From Macrostomum hystrix (Eukaryota > Animalia > Platyhelminthes): DNA of 64,000 nt. Below the pieces are notes generated by a model. That model did no database searches and had not been told where the DNA came from. It worked only from the letters and a program-made list of their open reading frames with translations. Positions 21,841 to 36,800 of this stretch are shown piece by piece (position 1 is the stretch's first letter; each line of letters opens with the position of its first letter). The stretch spans positions 2,418,001 to 2,482,000 of the forward strand of contig CATNEN010000011.1 in the NCBI GenBank assembly GCA_950097015.1. Reading direction: 5' to 3'. A program made the position numbers and the translations under genes.

Positions 21841-24800
21841 ATGACAGAAGGCTTTGTAGACATCATCAATAAAGAAGAGGATGATGAGTCTGTAAGTTAA
21901 TAAAACCTTTTGAATAAAAATAGTTTCTTTAATAGGCCTTACTTACTTTGAAAATGTGAAAACTTTTATATTAACTTTTTTACTAAATGAAATTTAGCAA
22001 ATCATTGGCTACAAGAGAAGTGCAGTCAAGACTGTGTTCACCTACATTGGCTATGGCTGCACTGTGTTTCTATTGAGATTACTGTTTTTCTGGCTGCCAC
22101 ATCTGCATGTAAAGAGTACACATGTGCCATGTGATCTCAGTGAAGCTGATAGAATTCTTGTGCTGGTGAGTTTTTTATTCAATTTATCTTGACTCCTGCC
22201 ATTCTTTGACTAATCTAGTTTCAAGAATTCTAAAATGCCAGAACAATGCAGATTTAAAACAAAAGAAAAATTTATAGCTTCTTGTAATAGCCTGTAAGAT
22301 GGTTCTAGTTACATGGTCCTGTAAGAACCATTCAACTAGAAGCGTAGCTAGAACCATTCAACTAGAATCGTAGCTAGAACCATTCAACTAGAATCGTAGC
22401 TAGAACCATTCAACTAGAATCGTAGCAAGAACCATTTAACTAGAATCGTAGCTAGAACCATAACTAGAATCGTAGCAAGAACCATAAATAGAATCGTAGC
22501 AAGAACCATAACTAGAATCGTAGCTAGAACCATTCAACTAGAATCGTAGCTAGAACCATAACTAGAATCGTAGCAAGAACCATTCAACTAGAATCGTAGC
22601 TAGAACCATTCAACTAGAATCGTAGCTAGAACCATTCAACTAGAATCGTAGCTAGAACCATTCAACTAGAATCGTAGCAAGAACCATTTAACTAGAATCG
22701 TAGCTAGAACCATTCAACTAGAATCGTAGCAAGAACCATTTAACTAGAATCGTAGCTAGAACCATTCAACTAGAATCGTAGCAAGAACCATTTAACTAGA
22801 ATCGTAGCTAGAACCATTCAACTAGAATCGTAGCTAGAACCATAACTAGAATCGTAGCAAGAACCATAAATAGAATCGTAGCAAGAACCATTCAACTAGA
22901 ATCGTAGCTAGAACCATTTAACTAGAATCGTAGCAAGAACCATTCAACTAGAATCGTAGCTAGAACCATTCGACTAGAATCGTAGCTAGAACCATTCAAC
23001 TAGAATCGTAGCTAAAACCATTCAACTAGAATCGTAGCTAGAACCATAACTAGAATCGTAGCAAGAACCATAAATAGAATCGTAGCAAGAACCATAACTA
23101 GAATCGTAGCTAGAACCATTCAACTAGAATCGTAGCTAGAACCATAACTAGAATCGTAGCAAGAACCATAAATAGAATCGTAGCAAGAACCATAACTAGA
23201 ATCGTAGCTAGAACCATTCAACTAGAATCGTAGCTAGAACCATTCAACTAGAATCGTAGCTAGAACCATTCGACTAGAATCGTAGCTAGAACCATTCAAC
23301 TAGAATCGTAGCTAGAACCATTTAACTAGAATCGTAGCTAGAACCATAACTAGAATCGTAGCAAGAACCATAAATAGAATCGTAGCAAGAACCATAACTA
23401 GAATCGTAGCTAGAACCATTCAACTAGAATCGTAGCTAGAACCATAACTAGAATCGTAGCAAGAACCATTCAACTAGAATCGTAGCTAGAACCATTCAAC
23501 TAGAATCGTAGCTAGAACCATTCAACTAGAATCGTAGCTAGAACCATTCAACTAGAATCGTAGCAAGAACCATTTAACTAGAATCGTAGCTAGAACCATT
23601 CAACTAGAATCGTAGCAAGAACCATTTAACTAGAATCGTAGCTAGAACCATTCAACTAGAATCGTAGCAAGAACCATTTAACTAGAATCGTAGCTAGAAC
23701 CATTCAACTAGAATCGTAGCTAGAACCATAACTAGAATCGTAGCAAGAACCATAAATAGAATCGTAGCAAGAACCATTCAACTAGAATCGTAGCTAGAAC
23801 CATTTAACTAGAATCGTAGCAAGAACCATTCAACTAGAATCGTAGCTAGAACCATTCGACTAGAATCGTAGCTAGAACCATTCAACTAGAATCGTAGCTA
23901 AAACCATTCAACTAGAATCGTAGCTAGAACCATAACTAGAATCGTAGCAAGAACCATAAATAGAATCGTAGCAAGAACCATAACTAGAATCGTAGCTAGA
24001 ACCATTCAACTAGAATCGTAGCTAGAACCATAACTAGAATCGTAGCAAGAACCATAAATAGAATCGTAGCAAGAACCATAACTAGAATCGTAGCTAGAAC
24101 CATTCAACTAGAATCGTAGCTAGAACCATAACTAGAATCGTAGCAAGAACCATAAATAGAATCGTAGCTAGAACCATAACTAGAATCGTAGCTAGAACCA
24201 TTCAACTAGAATCGTAGCTAGAACCATTCAACTAGAATCGTAGCTAGAACCATTTAACTAGAATCGTAGCTAGAACCATTCGACTAGAATCGTAGCTAGA
24301 ACCATTCAACTAGAATCGTAGCAAGAACCATTTAACTAGAATCGTAGCTAGAACCATAACTAGAATCGTAGCAAGAACCATAAATAGAATCGTAGCAAGA
24401 ACCATAACTAGAATCGTAGCTAGAACCATTCAACTAGAATCGTAGCAAGAACCATAACTAGAATCGTAGCTAGAACCATTCAACTAGAATCGTAGCTAGA
24501 ACCATTCAACTAGAATCGTAGCAAGAACCATTCAACTAGAATCGTAGCTAGAACCATTCAACTAGAATCGTAGCTAGAACCATTCAACTAGAATCGTAGC
24601 AAGAACCATTTAACTAGAATCGTAGCTAGAACCATAACTAGAATCGTAGCAAGAACCATAAATAGAATCGTAGCAAGAACCATAACTAGAATCGTAGCTA
24701 GAACCATTCAACTAGAATCGTAGCTAGAACCATAACTAGAATCGTAGCAAGAACCATTCAACTAGAATCGTAGCTAGAACCATTCAACTAGAATCGTAGC

Positions 24801-27800
24801 TAGAACCATTCAACTAGAATCGTAGCTAGAACCATTCAACTAGAATCGTAGCAAGAACCATTTAACTAGAATCGTAGCTAGAACCATTCAACTAGAATCG
24901 TAGCAAGAACCATTTAACTAGAATCGTAGCTAGAACCATTCAACTAGAATCGTAGCAAGAACCATTTAACTAGAATCGTAGCTAGAACCATTCAACTAGA
25001 ATCGTAGCTAGAACCATAACTAGAATCGTAGCAAGAACCATAAATAGAATCGTAGCAAGAACCATTCAACTAGAATCGTAGCTAGAACCATTTAACTAGA
25101 ATCGTAGCAAGAACCATTCAACTAGAATCGTAGCTAGAACCATTCGACTAGAATCGTAGCTAGAACCATTCAACTAGAATCGTAGCTAAAACCATTCAAC
25201 TAGAATCGTAGCTAGAACCATAACTAGAATCGTAGCAAGAACCATAAATAGAATCGTAGCAAGAACCATAACTAGAATCGTAGCTAGAACCATTCAACTA
25301 GAATCGTAGCTAGAACCATAACTAGAATCGTAGCAAGAACCATAAATAGAATCGTAGCAAGAACCATAACTAGAATCGTAGCTAGAACCATTCAACTAGA
25401 ATCGTAGCTAGAACCATAACTAGAATCGTAGCAAGAACCATAAATAGAATCGTAGCTAGAACCATAACTAGAATCGTAGCTAGAACCATTCAACTAGAAT
25501 CGTAGCTAGAACCATTCAACTAGAATCGTAGCTAGAACCATTCGACTAGAATCGTAGCTAGAACCATTCAACTAGAATCGTAGCAAGAACCATTTAACTA
25601 GAATCGTAGCTAGAACCATAACTAGAATCGTAGCAAGAACCATAAATAGAATCGTAGCAAGAACCATAACTAGAATCGTAGCTAGAACCATTCAACTAGA
25701 ATCGTAGCAAGAACCATAACTAGAATCGTAGCTAGAACCATTCAACTAGAATCGTAGCTAGAACCATTCAACTAGAATCGTAGCAAGAACCATTCAACTA
25801 GAATCGTAGCTAGAACCATTCAACTAGAATCGTAGCTAGAACCATTCAACTAGAATCGTAGCAAGAACCATTTAACTAGAATCGTAGCTAGAACCATAAC
25901 TAGAATCGTAGCAAGAACCATAAATAGAATCGTAGCAAGAACCATAACTAGAATCGTAGCTAGAACCATTCAACTAGAATCGTAGCTAGAACCATAACTA
26001 GAATCGTAGCAAGAACCATTCAACTAGAATCGTAGCTAGAACCATTCAACTAGAATCGTAGCTAGAACCATTCAACTAGAATCGTAGCTAGAACCATTCA
26101 ACTAGAATCGTAGCAAGAACCATTTAACTAGAATCGTAGCTAGAACCATTCAACTAGAATCGTAGCAAGAACCATTTAACTAGAATCGTAGCTAGAACCA
26201 TTCAACTAGAATCGTAGCAAGAACCATTTAACTAGAATCGTAGCTAGAACCATTCAACTAGAATCGTAGCTAGAACCATAACTAGAATCGTAGCAAGAAC
26301 CATAAATAGAATCGTAGCAAGAACCATTCAACTAGAATCGTAGCTAGAACCATTTAACTAGAATCGTAGCAAGAACCATTCAACTAGAATCGTAGCTAGA
26401 ACCATTCGACTAGAATCGTAGCTAGAACCATTCAACTAGAATCGTAGCTAAAACCATTCAACTAGAATCGTAGCTAGAACCATAACTAGAATCGTAGCAA
26501 GAACCATAAATAGAATCGTAGCAAGAACCATAACTAGAATCGTAGCTAGAACCATTCAACTAGAATCGTAGCTAGAACCATAACTAGAATCGTAGCAAGA
26601 ACCATAAATAGAATCGTAGCAAGAACCATAACTAGAATCGTAGCTAGAACCATTCAACTAGAATCGTAGCTAGAACCATAACTAGAATCGTAGCAAGAAC
26701 CATAAATAGAATCGTAGCTAGAACCATAACTAGAATCGTAGCTAGAACCATTCAACTAGAATCGTAGCTAGAACCATTCAACTAGAATCGTAGCTAGAAC
26801 CATTCGACTAGAATCGTAGCTAGAACCATTCAACTAGAATCGTAGCAAGAACCATTTAACTAGAATCGTAGCTAGAACCATAACTAGAATCGTAGCAAGA
26901 ACCATAAATAGAATCGTAGCAAGAACCATAACTAGAATCGTAGCTAGAACCATTCAACTAGAATCGTAGCAAGAACCATAACTAGAATCGTAGCTAGAAC
27001 CATTCAACTAGAATCGTAGCTAGAACCATTCAACTAGAATCGTAGCTAGAACCATTCAACTAGAATCGTAGCTAGAACCATTCAACTAGAATCGTAGCTA
27101 GAACCATTCAACTAGAATCGTAGCAAGAACCATTTAACTAGAATCGTAGCTAGAACCATAACTAGAATCGTAGCAAGAACCATAAATAGAATCGTAGCAA
27201 GAACCATAACTAGAATCGTAGCTAGAACCATTCAACTAGAATCGTAGCTAGAACCATAACTAGAATCGTAGCAAGAACCATTCAACTAGAATCGTAGCTA
27301 GAACCATTCAACTAGAATCGTAGCTAGAACCATTCAACTAGAATCGTAGCTAGAACCATTCAACTAGAATCGTAGCAAGAACCATTTAACTAGAATCGTA
27401 GCTAGAACCATTCAACTAGAATCGTAGCAAGAACCATTTAACTAGAATCGTAGCTAGAACCATTCAACTAGAATCGTAGCAAGAACCATTTAACTAGAAT
27501 CGTAGCTAGAACCATTCAACTAGAATCGTAGCTAGAACCATAACTAGAATCGTAGCAAGAACCATAAGTAGAATCGTAGCAAGAACCATTCAACTAGAAT
27601 CGTAGCTAGAACCATTTAACTAGAATCGTAGCAAGAACCATTCAACTAGAATCGTAGCTAGAACCATTCGACTAGAATCGTAGCTAGAACCATTTAACTA
27701 GAATCGTAGCTAAAACCATTCAACTAGAATCGTAGCTAGAACCATAACTAGAATCGTAGCAAGAACCATAAATAGAATCGTAGCAAGAACCATAACTAGA

Positions 27801-30800
27801 ATCGTAGCTAGAACCATTCAACTAGAATCGTAGCTAGAACCATAACTAGAATCGTAGCAAGAACCATAAATAGAATCGTAGCAAGAACCATAACTAGAAT
27901 CGTAGCTAGAACCATTCAACTAGAATCGTAGCTAGAACCATTCAACTAGAATCGTAGCTAGAACCATTCGACTAGAATCGTAGCTAGAACCATTCAACTA
28001 GAATCGTAGCTAAAACCATTCAACTAGAATCGTAGCTAGAACCATAACTAGAATCGTAGCAAGAACCATAAATAGAATCGTAGCAAGAACCATAACTAGA
28101 ATCGTAGCAAGAACCATAAATAGAATCGTAGCAAGAACCATAACTAGAATCGTAGCTAGAACCATTCAACTAGAATCGTAGCTAGAACCATTCAACTAGA
28201 ATCGTAGCTAGAACCATTCAACTAGAATCGTAGCTAGAACCATTCAACTAGAATCGTAGCTAGAACCATTCAACTAGAATCGTAGCTAAAACCATTCAAC
28301 TAGAATCGTAGCTAGAACCATAACTAGAATCGTAGCAAGAACCATAACTAGAATCGTAGCAAGAACCATAACTAGAATCGTTGCAAGAACCATAACTAGA
28401 ATCGTAGCAAGAACCATAACTAGAATCGTAGCTAGAACCATTCAACTAGAATCGTAGCAAGAACCAGCCGCTTTAATTCGCAATGGGACAATATTGCAAC
28501 TGTATTGTAAAGTGCCAATTTAATCTAGACAAGAAGTGTTCTTCCTTTCGTTTGTTTTCAAATTGCAGGACCAGTATAAGCTACGTTTCGTCGAGAATGT
28601 TTGGATTGTCAGTATTACGGGAATGAAGTAAGTGCTTGCTTTTTATGATTAGCATTGCCTATGTAGCAAACTAATTTTGTAGGTATACCAACACATGTTT
28701 TTGCATAATTTATGATTTGTAGAATCAGAGCAGAAAGTATTGGAGAATTAGGACACAATGGATTAGAGAATTAGAACAGAAAGGATTGGAGAATCAGAAC
28801 AGAAAGGATTGGAGAATCAGAACAGAAAGGATTGGAGAATTAGAACAGAAAGGATTGGAGAATTAGAACAGAAAGGATTGGAGAATCAGAGCAGACAGGA
28901 TTGGAGAATTAGAACAGAAAGGATTGGAGAATCAGAACAGAAAGGATTGGGGAATTAGAACAGAAAGGATTGGATAATCAGAACAGATAGGATTGGAGAA
29001 TTAGAACAGAAAGGATTGGAAAATTAGAACACGAAGGATTGGAGAATCAGAACAGAAAGGATTGGGGAATTAGAACAGAAAGGATTGGATAATCAGAACA
29101 GAAAGGATTGGAGAATTAGAACAGAAAGGATTGGAAAATTAGAACACGAAGGATTGGAGAATTAGAACAGGAAGGATTGGAGAATTAGAACAGAAAGGAT
29201 TGGATAATCAGAACAGGAAGGATTTGAGAATTAGAACAGAAAGGATTATAGAATTAGAACAGAAAGGATTATAGAATTAGAACAGAAAGGATTATAGAAT
29301 TAGAACAGAAAGGATTATAGAATTAGAACAGAAAGGATTATAGAATTAGAACAGAAAGGATTGGATATTCAGAACAGGAAGGATTGGAGAATTAGAACAC
29401 GAAGGATTGGAGAATCTGAACAGGAACTTACAGGAAGGATTGGAGAATCAGAACAGAAAGGATTATAGAATTAGAACAGAAAGGATGGATTGGAGAACAG
29501 AACAGAACAGAACAGGAGATTCAGAACAGGAAGGATTGGAGAATCAGAACTGGGGCGATTCTGCAACTTTATATGTAACAGAAGCGATTAAGGAGTCAGA
29601 ACAGGAGAGATTTTGAATTGAGAAAAGCCTTAGTTATCGTAACGAATGTCTTCTATCTAAACGTGAATTGTAAATTTAAATTTCGCTTTAGACTTCAAAG
29701 CCGTGGTCAAATCTGTGGCCGAAAGCACCCAGGCAAAAATCTGCACGCATCCCACTGTTCTAAGAAGCGCCCCTGCGTTGATGCCACCTCGGCTGTGGCT
29801 GCCGCTGCTTCTTCTGCTTCTAGCTTGAACGTTGCGGTAAACTTTGCTTGATATTGTCTACCTGTGAATAATATAATTCTACCTGTGAATGATATTAGTG
29901 TACCTGTGAATGATATTAGTCTACCTGTGAATGATATTAGTCTACCTGTGAATGATATTAGTGTACCTGTGAATGATACTAGTCTACCTGTGAATGATAT
30001 TAGTGTACCTGTGAATGATATTAGTCTACCTGTGAATGATATTAGTGTACCTGTGAATGATATTAGTGTACCTGTGAATGATATTAGTCTACCTGTGAAT
30101 GATATTAGTCTACCTGTGAATAATATAATTCTACCTGTGAATGATATTAGTCTACCTGTGAATGATATTAGTCTACCTGTGAATGATACTAGTCTACCTG
30201 TGAATGATACTAGTCTACCTGTGAATGATATTAGTGTACCTGTGAATGATATTAGTCTACCTGTGAATGATATTAGTCTACCTGTGAATGATATTAGTGT
30301 ACCTGTGAATGATACTAGTCTACCTGTGAATGATATTAGTGTACCTGTGAATGATATTAGTCTACCTGTGAATGATATTAGTGTACCTGTGAATGATACT
30401 AGTCTACCTGTGAATGATATTAGTGTACCTGTGAATGATATTAGTGTACCTGTGAATGATATTAGTGTACCTGTGAATGATATTAGTCTACCTGTGAATG
30501 ATATTAGTCTACCTGTGAATGATATTAGTCTACCTGTGAATGATATTAGTCTACCTGTGAATGATATTAGTCTACCTGTGAATGATATTAGTCTACCTGT
30601 GAATGATATTAGTCTACCTGTGAATGATATTAGTCTACCTGTGAATGATTTTAGTTTTCCTGTTACTGAAATATCCTTCTATTTGTTTATCAGCAGTTCT
30701 AACTTTTTTATTGTTTGAATTTTAGCAGTCGACCACGGCACTGTACAATGGTGGATCGTGTCCTGGTGTTCCAGTGAGTATTATATTCACTTTAGCTATA

Positions 30801-33800
30801 TGCTATGATGCTTGGCTTTATTTATCAAATGAGATGTTAATAGGGTTAGCCTAAGCTTTGAGAAGGACTGTACACCATACACTCACATCTGATATTTCAT
30901 TGTCTAATTTTTCTACAATGCTAAAGCCACGACAGTTCGACATTCCCACGTTTTTCTCGCTTTGAAGAATTATAAAAAAATAAGAAAACGAATTGGTGGC
31001 GGGTAGGCAGTCGCGTTGTGTTGCGGCGCCGGGTGGTTTAGTCTCCAGTCCCACTCGTCTGTACAATGTTCAATCTAAACTAAATAGCTTGACAATGCTA
31101 TTCAATTCAAACTCAGAAGATTAAGCACACTTTTTTTCTTAAAATTGTAGTGCTTGTTTCTCCGAACCTACTTTTATCGTCAGCTTCTCAAATTGTCTGC
31201 TATGTGCTCTAAGTTTTATTCAGAGCTATTAGCTTCTGTACTAATTTTGAGCGCAAAAAGTAATGTAATGTCTCTTTACTTAGTTCTAATCCACACTAAT
31301 GAGTAAAGAGCGCACGATATACTTGAGTGAGCACCCGATACGCACCAAGAATTTTCTGCCCCACTTAAAGAATGAACCTACGTTTATGATTTAGGGTTTC
31401 GAAAGAAATTCTATTTTAGAATGATGTTAAAAAAGATATCTTTCATGGACTTAGGGTGCTCAATAAAGTTAAAGGAATTTTGCATTCATCAACTATATTT
31501 TTGCTTTTATTTTAAGAAAATTTTCTGCTTTTTTCTTGAAGATTTCAATTTGTTGCCTTCATTGTTCTCACCGGTGATTTCCGTATTTTATCAGCCGTGA
31601 TTTCCGTCTTTTTATAACCGGTGATTTCATCTTTTTATCACCTGTGTTTTCCATCTTTCTTACCCGTGATTTTCATCTTTCTTACCCGTGATTTTCATCT
31701 TTCTCACCTGTGATTTCCATCTTTCTCACCTGTGATTTCCATCTTTCTTACCCGTGATTTTCATCTTTCTTACCCGTGATTACAATCTTTGTCACCTGTG
31801 ATTTCCATCTTTCTCACTGTTGATTTCCATCATTCTTACCTCTGATTTCCATCTTTCTCACCTGTGATTTCCATCTTTCTCACCTGTGATTTCCATCTTT
31901 CTCACCGGTGATTTCCATCTTTTTATAACCGGTGATTTCATCTTTTTATCACCTGTGTTTTCCATATTTCTTACCCGTGATTTTCATCCTTCTTACCCGT
32001 GATTTTCATCTTTCTTACCCGTGATTTTCATCTTTTATCAACTGTGATTTCCATCTTTCTTACCCGTGTTTTTCATCTTTCTTACCCGTGATTTCCATCT
32101 TTCTTACCAGTGATTTTCATCTTTCTTACCCGTGATTTCCATCTTTCTCACCCGTGTTTTTCATCTTTCTTACCCGTGATTACAATCTTTGTCACCTGTG
32201 ATTTCCATCTTTCTCACTGTTGATTTCCATCATTCTTACCTCTGATTTCCATCTTTCTCACCTGTGATTTCCATCTTTCTCACCTGTGATTTCCATCTTT
32301 CTCACCTGTGATTTCTATCTTTCTTACCGGTGATTTCCGTCTTTCTTCAGTGATTACAGTCTTTCTCACTGTTGATTACAATCTTTCTCACCTGTAATTT
32401 CCATCTTTCTCACCGGTGATTTCCATCTTTTTATCACCTGTGTTTTCCATATTTCTCACCTGTGATTTCCATCTTTCTTACCTGTGATTTCCATCTTTCT
32501 TACCAGTGATTACAGTCCTTCTCACTGGTGATTACAATCTTTCTCATCTGTGATGTCCATCTTTCTTACCTGTGATTACAGTCCTTCTCACTGGTGATTA
32601 CAATCTTTCTCACCTGTGATTTCCATCTTTCTTACCTGTGATTTCCATCTTTTTATCACCTGTGATTTCCATCTTTTTATCACCTGTGATTTCCATCTTT
32701 TTATCACCTGTGATTACAATCTTTGTCACCGGTGATTAGTACTGATCTTAGTCGCCTCTGGATTCATTTTACTTACCTGTGATATATTAATTCGTCACCT
32801 CAGATTTGCCTAAATCCTGGAATAGTTGCCTAAATCTCGCCTTTGGCTTCGATTGTAACTTAATTGAGTAAATTTTACTATTTGATTTAGCTTCTTGTCA
32901 ATTAGTGCTCAGTAATCTAAACACATTTCACTTGAATTATTTACTGCTCCGCAGGAGGAATCGACATTTCGCTTCTTCATTCACAAGAAGATTAAATACG
33001 TCTGGCAGGCCAGTGAGGGACGCTTCTCCAGGAACGAGTAAGTAGAACTTTTTAATGACCTTGAATAAATACGAGCTGCATTCGTTAATCGTTTTTTATC
33101 CATCACCTGGATGTCTCCTATTGTAAATAACATATCCAAACTGCCATTTAAAATCCATTAACGCATCACAAACTTTCCTGGAAATGACATCTCAACTCCA
33201 AAAGAAGCATCTGAACTCCAAAATGGCATCTCAACTCCAAAATGGCACCTCAACTCCAAAATGGCATCTCAACTCCAAAATGGCATCTCAACTCTAAAAT
33301 GGCATCTTAACAGCAAAATGGCATCTCAACTCCAAAATGGCATCTCAACTCCAAAATGGCATCTCAACTCCAAAATGGCATCTCAACTCCAAAATAGCAT
33401 TTTAACTCCAAAATGGCATCTCAACTCCAAAATGGCATCTCAACTCCAAAATGGCTTCTTAACAGCAAAATGGCATCTCAACTCCAAAATGGCATCTCAA
33501 CTCCAAAATGGCATCTCAACAGCAAAATGGCATCTCAACTCCAAAATGTCATCTCAACTCCAAAATGGCATCTCAACTCCAAAATGGCATCTCAACTCCA
33601 AAATGGCATCTCAACTCTAAAATGGCATCTTAACAGCAAAATGGCATCTCAACTCCAAAATGGCATCTTAACTCCAAAATGGCATCTCAACAGCAAAATG
33701 GCATCTCAACTCCAAAATGTCATCTCAACTCCAAAATGGCATCTCAACTCCAAAATGGCATCTCAACTCCAAAATGGCATCTCAACTCTAAAATGGCATC

Positions 33801-36800
33801 TTAACAGCAAAATGGCATCTCAACTCCAAAATGGCATCTCAACTCCAAAATGGCATCTCAACTCCAAAATGGCATCTTAACAGCAAAATGGCATCTCAAC
33901 AGCAAAATGGCATCTCAACAGCAAAATGGCATCTCAACTCCAAAATGGCATCTCAACTCCAAAATGGCATCTCAACTCCAAAATGGCATCTCAACTCTAA
34001 AATGGCATCTTAACAGCAAAATGGCATCTCAACTCCAAAATGGCATCTCAACTCCAAAATGGCATCTCAACTCCAAAATGGCATCTTAACAGCTAAATGG
34101 CATCTCAACAGCAAAATGGCATCTCAACAGCAAAATGGCATCTCAACTCCAAAATGTCATCTCAACTCCAAAATGGCATCTTAACTCCAAAATGGCATCT
34201 CAACTCCAAAATGGCATCTCAACTCTAAAATGGCACCTTAACAGCAAAATGGCATCTCAACTCCAAAATGGCATCTCAACTCCAAAATGGCATCTCAACT
34301 CCAAAATGGCATCTCAACTCTAAAATGGCATCTTAACAGCAAAATGGCATCTCAACAGCAAAATGGCATCTCAACAGCAAAATGGCATCTCAACTCCAAA
34401 ATGGCATCTCAACTCCAAAATGGCATCTCAACTCCAAAATGGCATCTCAACTCCAAAATGGCATCTCAACTCTAAAATGGCATCTTAACAGCAAAATGGC
34501 ATCTCAACTCCAAAATGGCATCTCAACTCCAAAATGGCATCTCAACTCCAAAATGGCATCTTAACAGCTAAATGGCATCTCAACAGCAAAATGGCATCTC
34601 AACAGCAAAATGGCATCTCAACTCCAAAATGTCATCTCAACTCCAAAATGGCATCTTAACTCCAAAACGGCATCTCAACTCCAAAATGGCATCTCAACTC
34701 CAAAATGGCATCTCAACTCCAAAATGGCATCTCAACTCCAAAATGGCATCTCAACTCCAAAATGGCATCTCAACTCTAAAATGGCACCTTAACAGCAAAA
34801 TGGCATCTCAACTCCAAAATGGCATCTCAACTCCAAAATGGCATCTCAACTCCAAAATGGCATCTCAACTCTAAAATGGCATCTTAACAGCAAAATGGCA
34901 TCTCAACTCCAAAATGGCATCTCAACTCCAAAATGGCATCTCAACTCCAAAATGGCATCTTAACAGCAAAATGGCATCTCAACAGCAAAATGGCATCTCA
35001 ACAGCAAAATGGCATCTCAACTCCAAAATGTCATCTCAACTTTAAAATGGCATCTCAACTCCAAAATGGCATCTCAACTCCAAAATGGCATCTCAACTCT
35101 AAAATGGCATCTTAACAGCAAAATGGCATCTCAACTCCAAAATGGCATCTCAACTCCAAAATGGCATCTCAACTCCAAAATGGCATCTTAACAGCAAAAT
35201 GGCATCTCAACAGCAAAATGGCATCTCAACAGCAAAATGGCATCTCAACTCCAAAATGTCATCTCAACAGCAAAATGGCATCTCAAACCCAAAATGGCAT
35301 CTCAACTCTAAAATGGCATCTTAACAGCAAAATGGCATCTTAACTCCAAAATGGCATCTTAACTCCAAAATTGCATCTCAACTCCAAAATGGCATCTCAA
35401 CTCCAAAATGGCATCTCAACTATAAAATGGCATCTTAACAGCAAAATGGCATCTCAACTCCAAAATGGCATCTCAACTCCAAAATGGCATCTCAACTCCA
35501 AAATGGCATCTCAACTCCAAAATGGCATCTCAACTCCAAAATGGCATCTCAACTCCAAAATAGCATTTTAACTCCAAAATGGCATCTCAACTCCAAAATG
35601 GCATCTCAACTCCAAAATGGCATCTTAACAGCAAAATGGTATCTCAACTCCAAAATGGCATCTTAACTCCAAAATGGCATCTCAACAGCAAAATGGCATC
35701 TCAACAGCAAAATGGCATTTTAACTCCAAAATGGCATCTCAACAGCAAAATGGCATTTTAACTCCAAAATGGCATCTCAACAGCAAAATGGCATCTCAAC
35801 AGCAAAATGGCATCTCAACCCCAAAATGGCATCTCAACTCTAAAATGGCATCTTAACAGCAAAATGGCATCTCAACTCCAAAATGGCATCTCAACTCCTA
35901 AATGGCATCTCAACAGCAAAATGGCATCTCAACAGCAATATGGCATCTCAAATCCGAAATGGCATCTCAACTCCGAAATGGCACCTTAACTTCAAAATGG
36001 CATCTTAACTCCTAAAAAACATCGCTACTAAAAATGCACGAAAACCACAGAAAATAACCCTGGATTTTCTGTGACAGCCTACAAAATGGCAACGTGACCT
36101 TATTGTCAAATTTCTTTTTCCGAAAAGCAAGGAAAGTTTTGAAAATATGTCAACCCAAAATAACGTTTGTTCACATCGGCATGTACCTGACTAACTGCCT
36201 TCAGGGTGTTCAGCAACACGCAGTGCCAGTTCTTTCACGAGACTCGCGGCCTCAGCGACGCCGACGCTAACTTGGAATTCGTGAAATACGGCGAGAATCG
36301 AGTGCACATCCCGCTGACACCCATCTGGAAGCTGATTATCCTACAGGTGTGTTTGCTTCTTATTTTCACCTATTCTGAATTCTGAAAAATGCAATTACAA
36401 TTAGGTATTAAAAAAGATAAATTAAATTAAGATAAATTAACTGTTTTTTAGGCCCTGCATCCGTTCTACATTTTCCAACTATTTAGTGTCATCCTATGGC
36501 TATTCGAAGAGTATACCATCTATGCTATTGTGATAATTGTGATGTCCTGCATATCGCTAACTATCACCGTATTTGTCACCGCTAGGGTGAGTTATGTACT
36601 TTTAATATGTCTTCCAGGGCAGGCAATTGTATCGATTCTTTCATATTCACAAAAGGAGGGGATGTACAAACTGTACTGAGATGGGATAAGTGTCTAGTAG
36701 ATATATTGAGATGGGATAAGTGTCTAGTAGATCTACTGAGATGGGATAAGTGTCTAGTAGATCTACTGAGATGGGATAAGTGTCTAGTAGATCTACTGAG

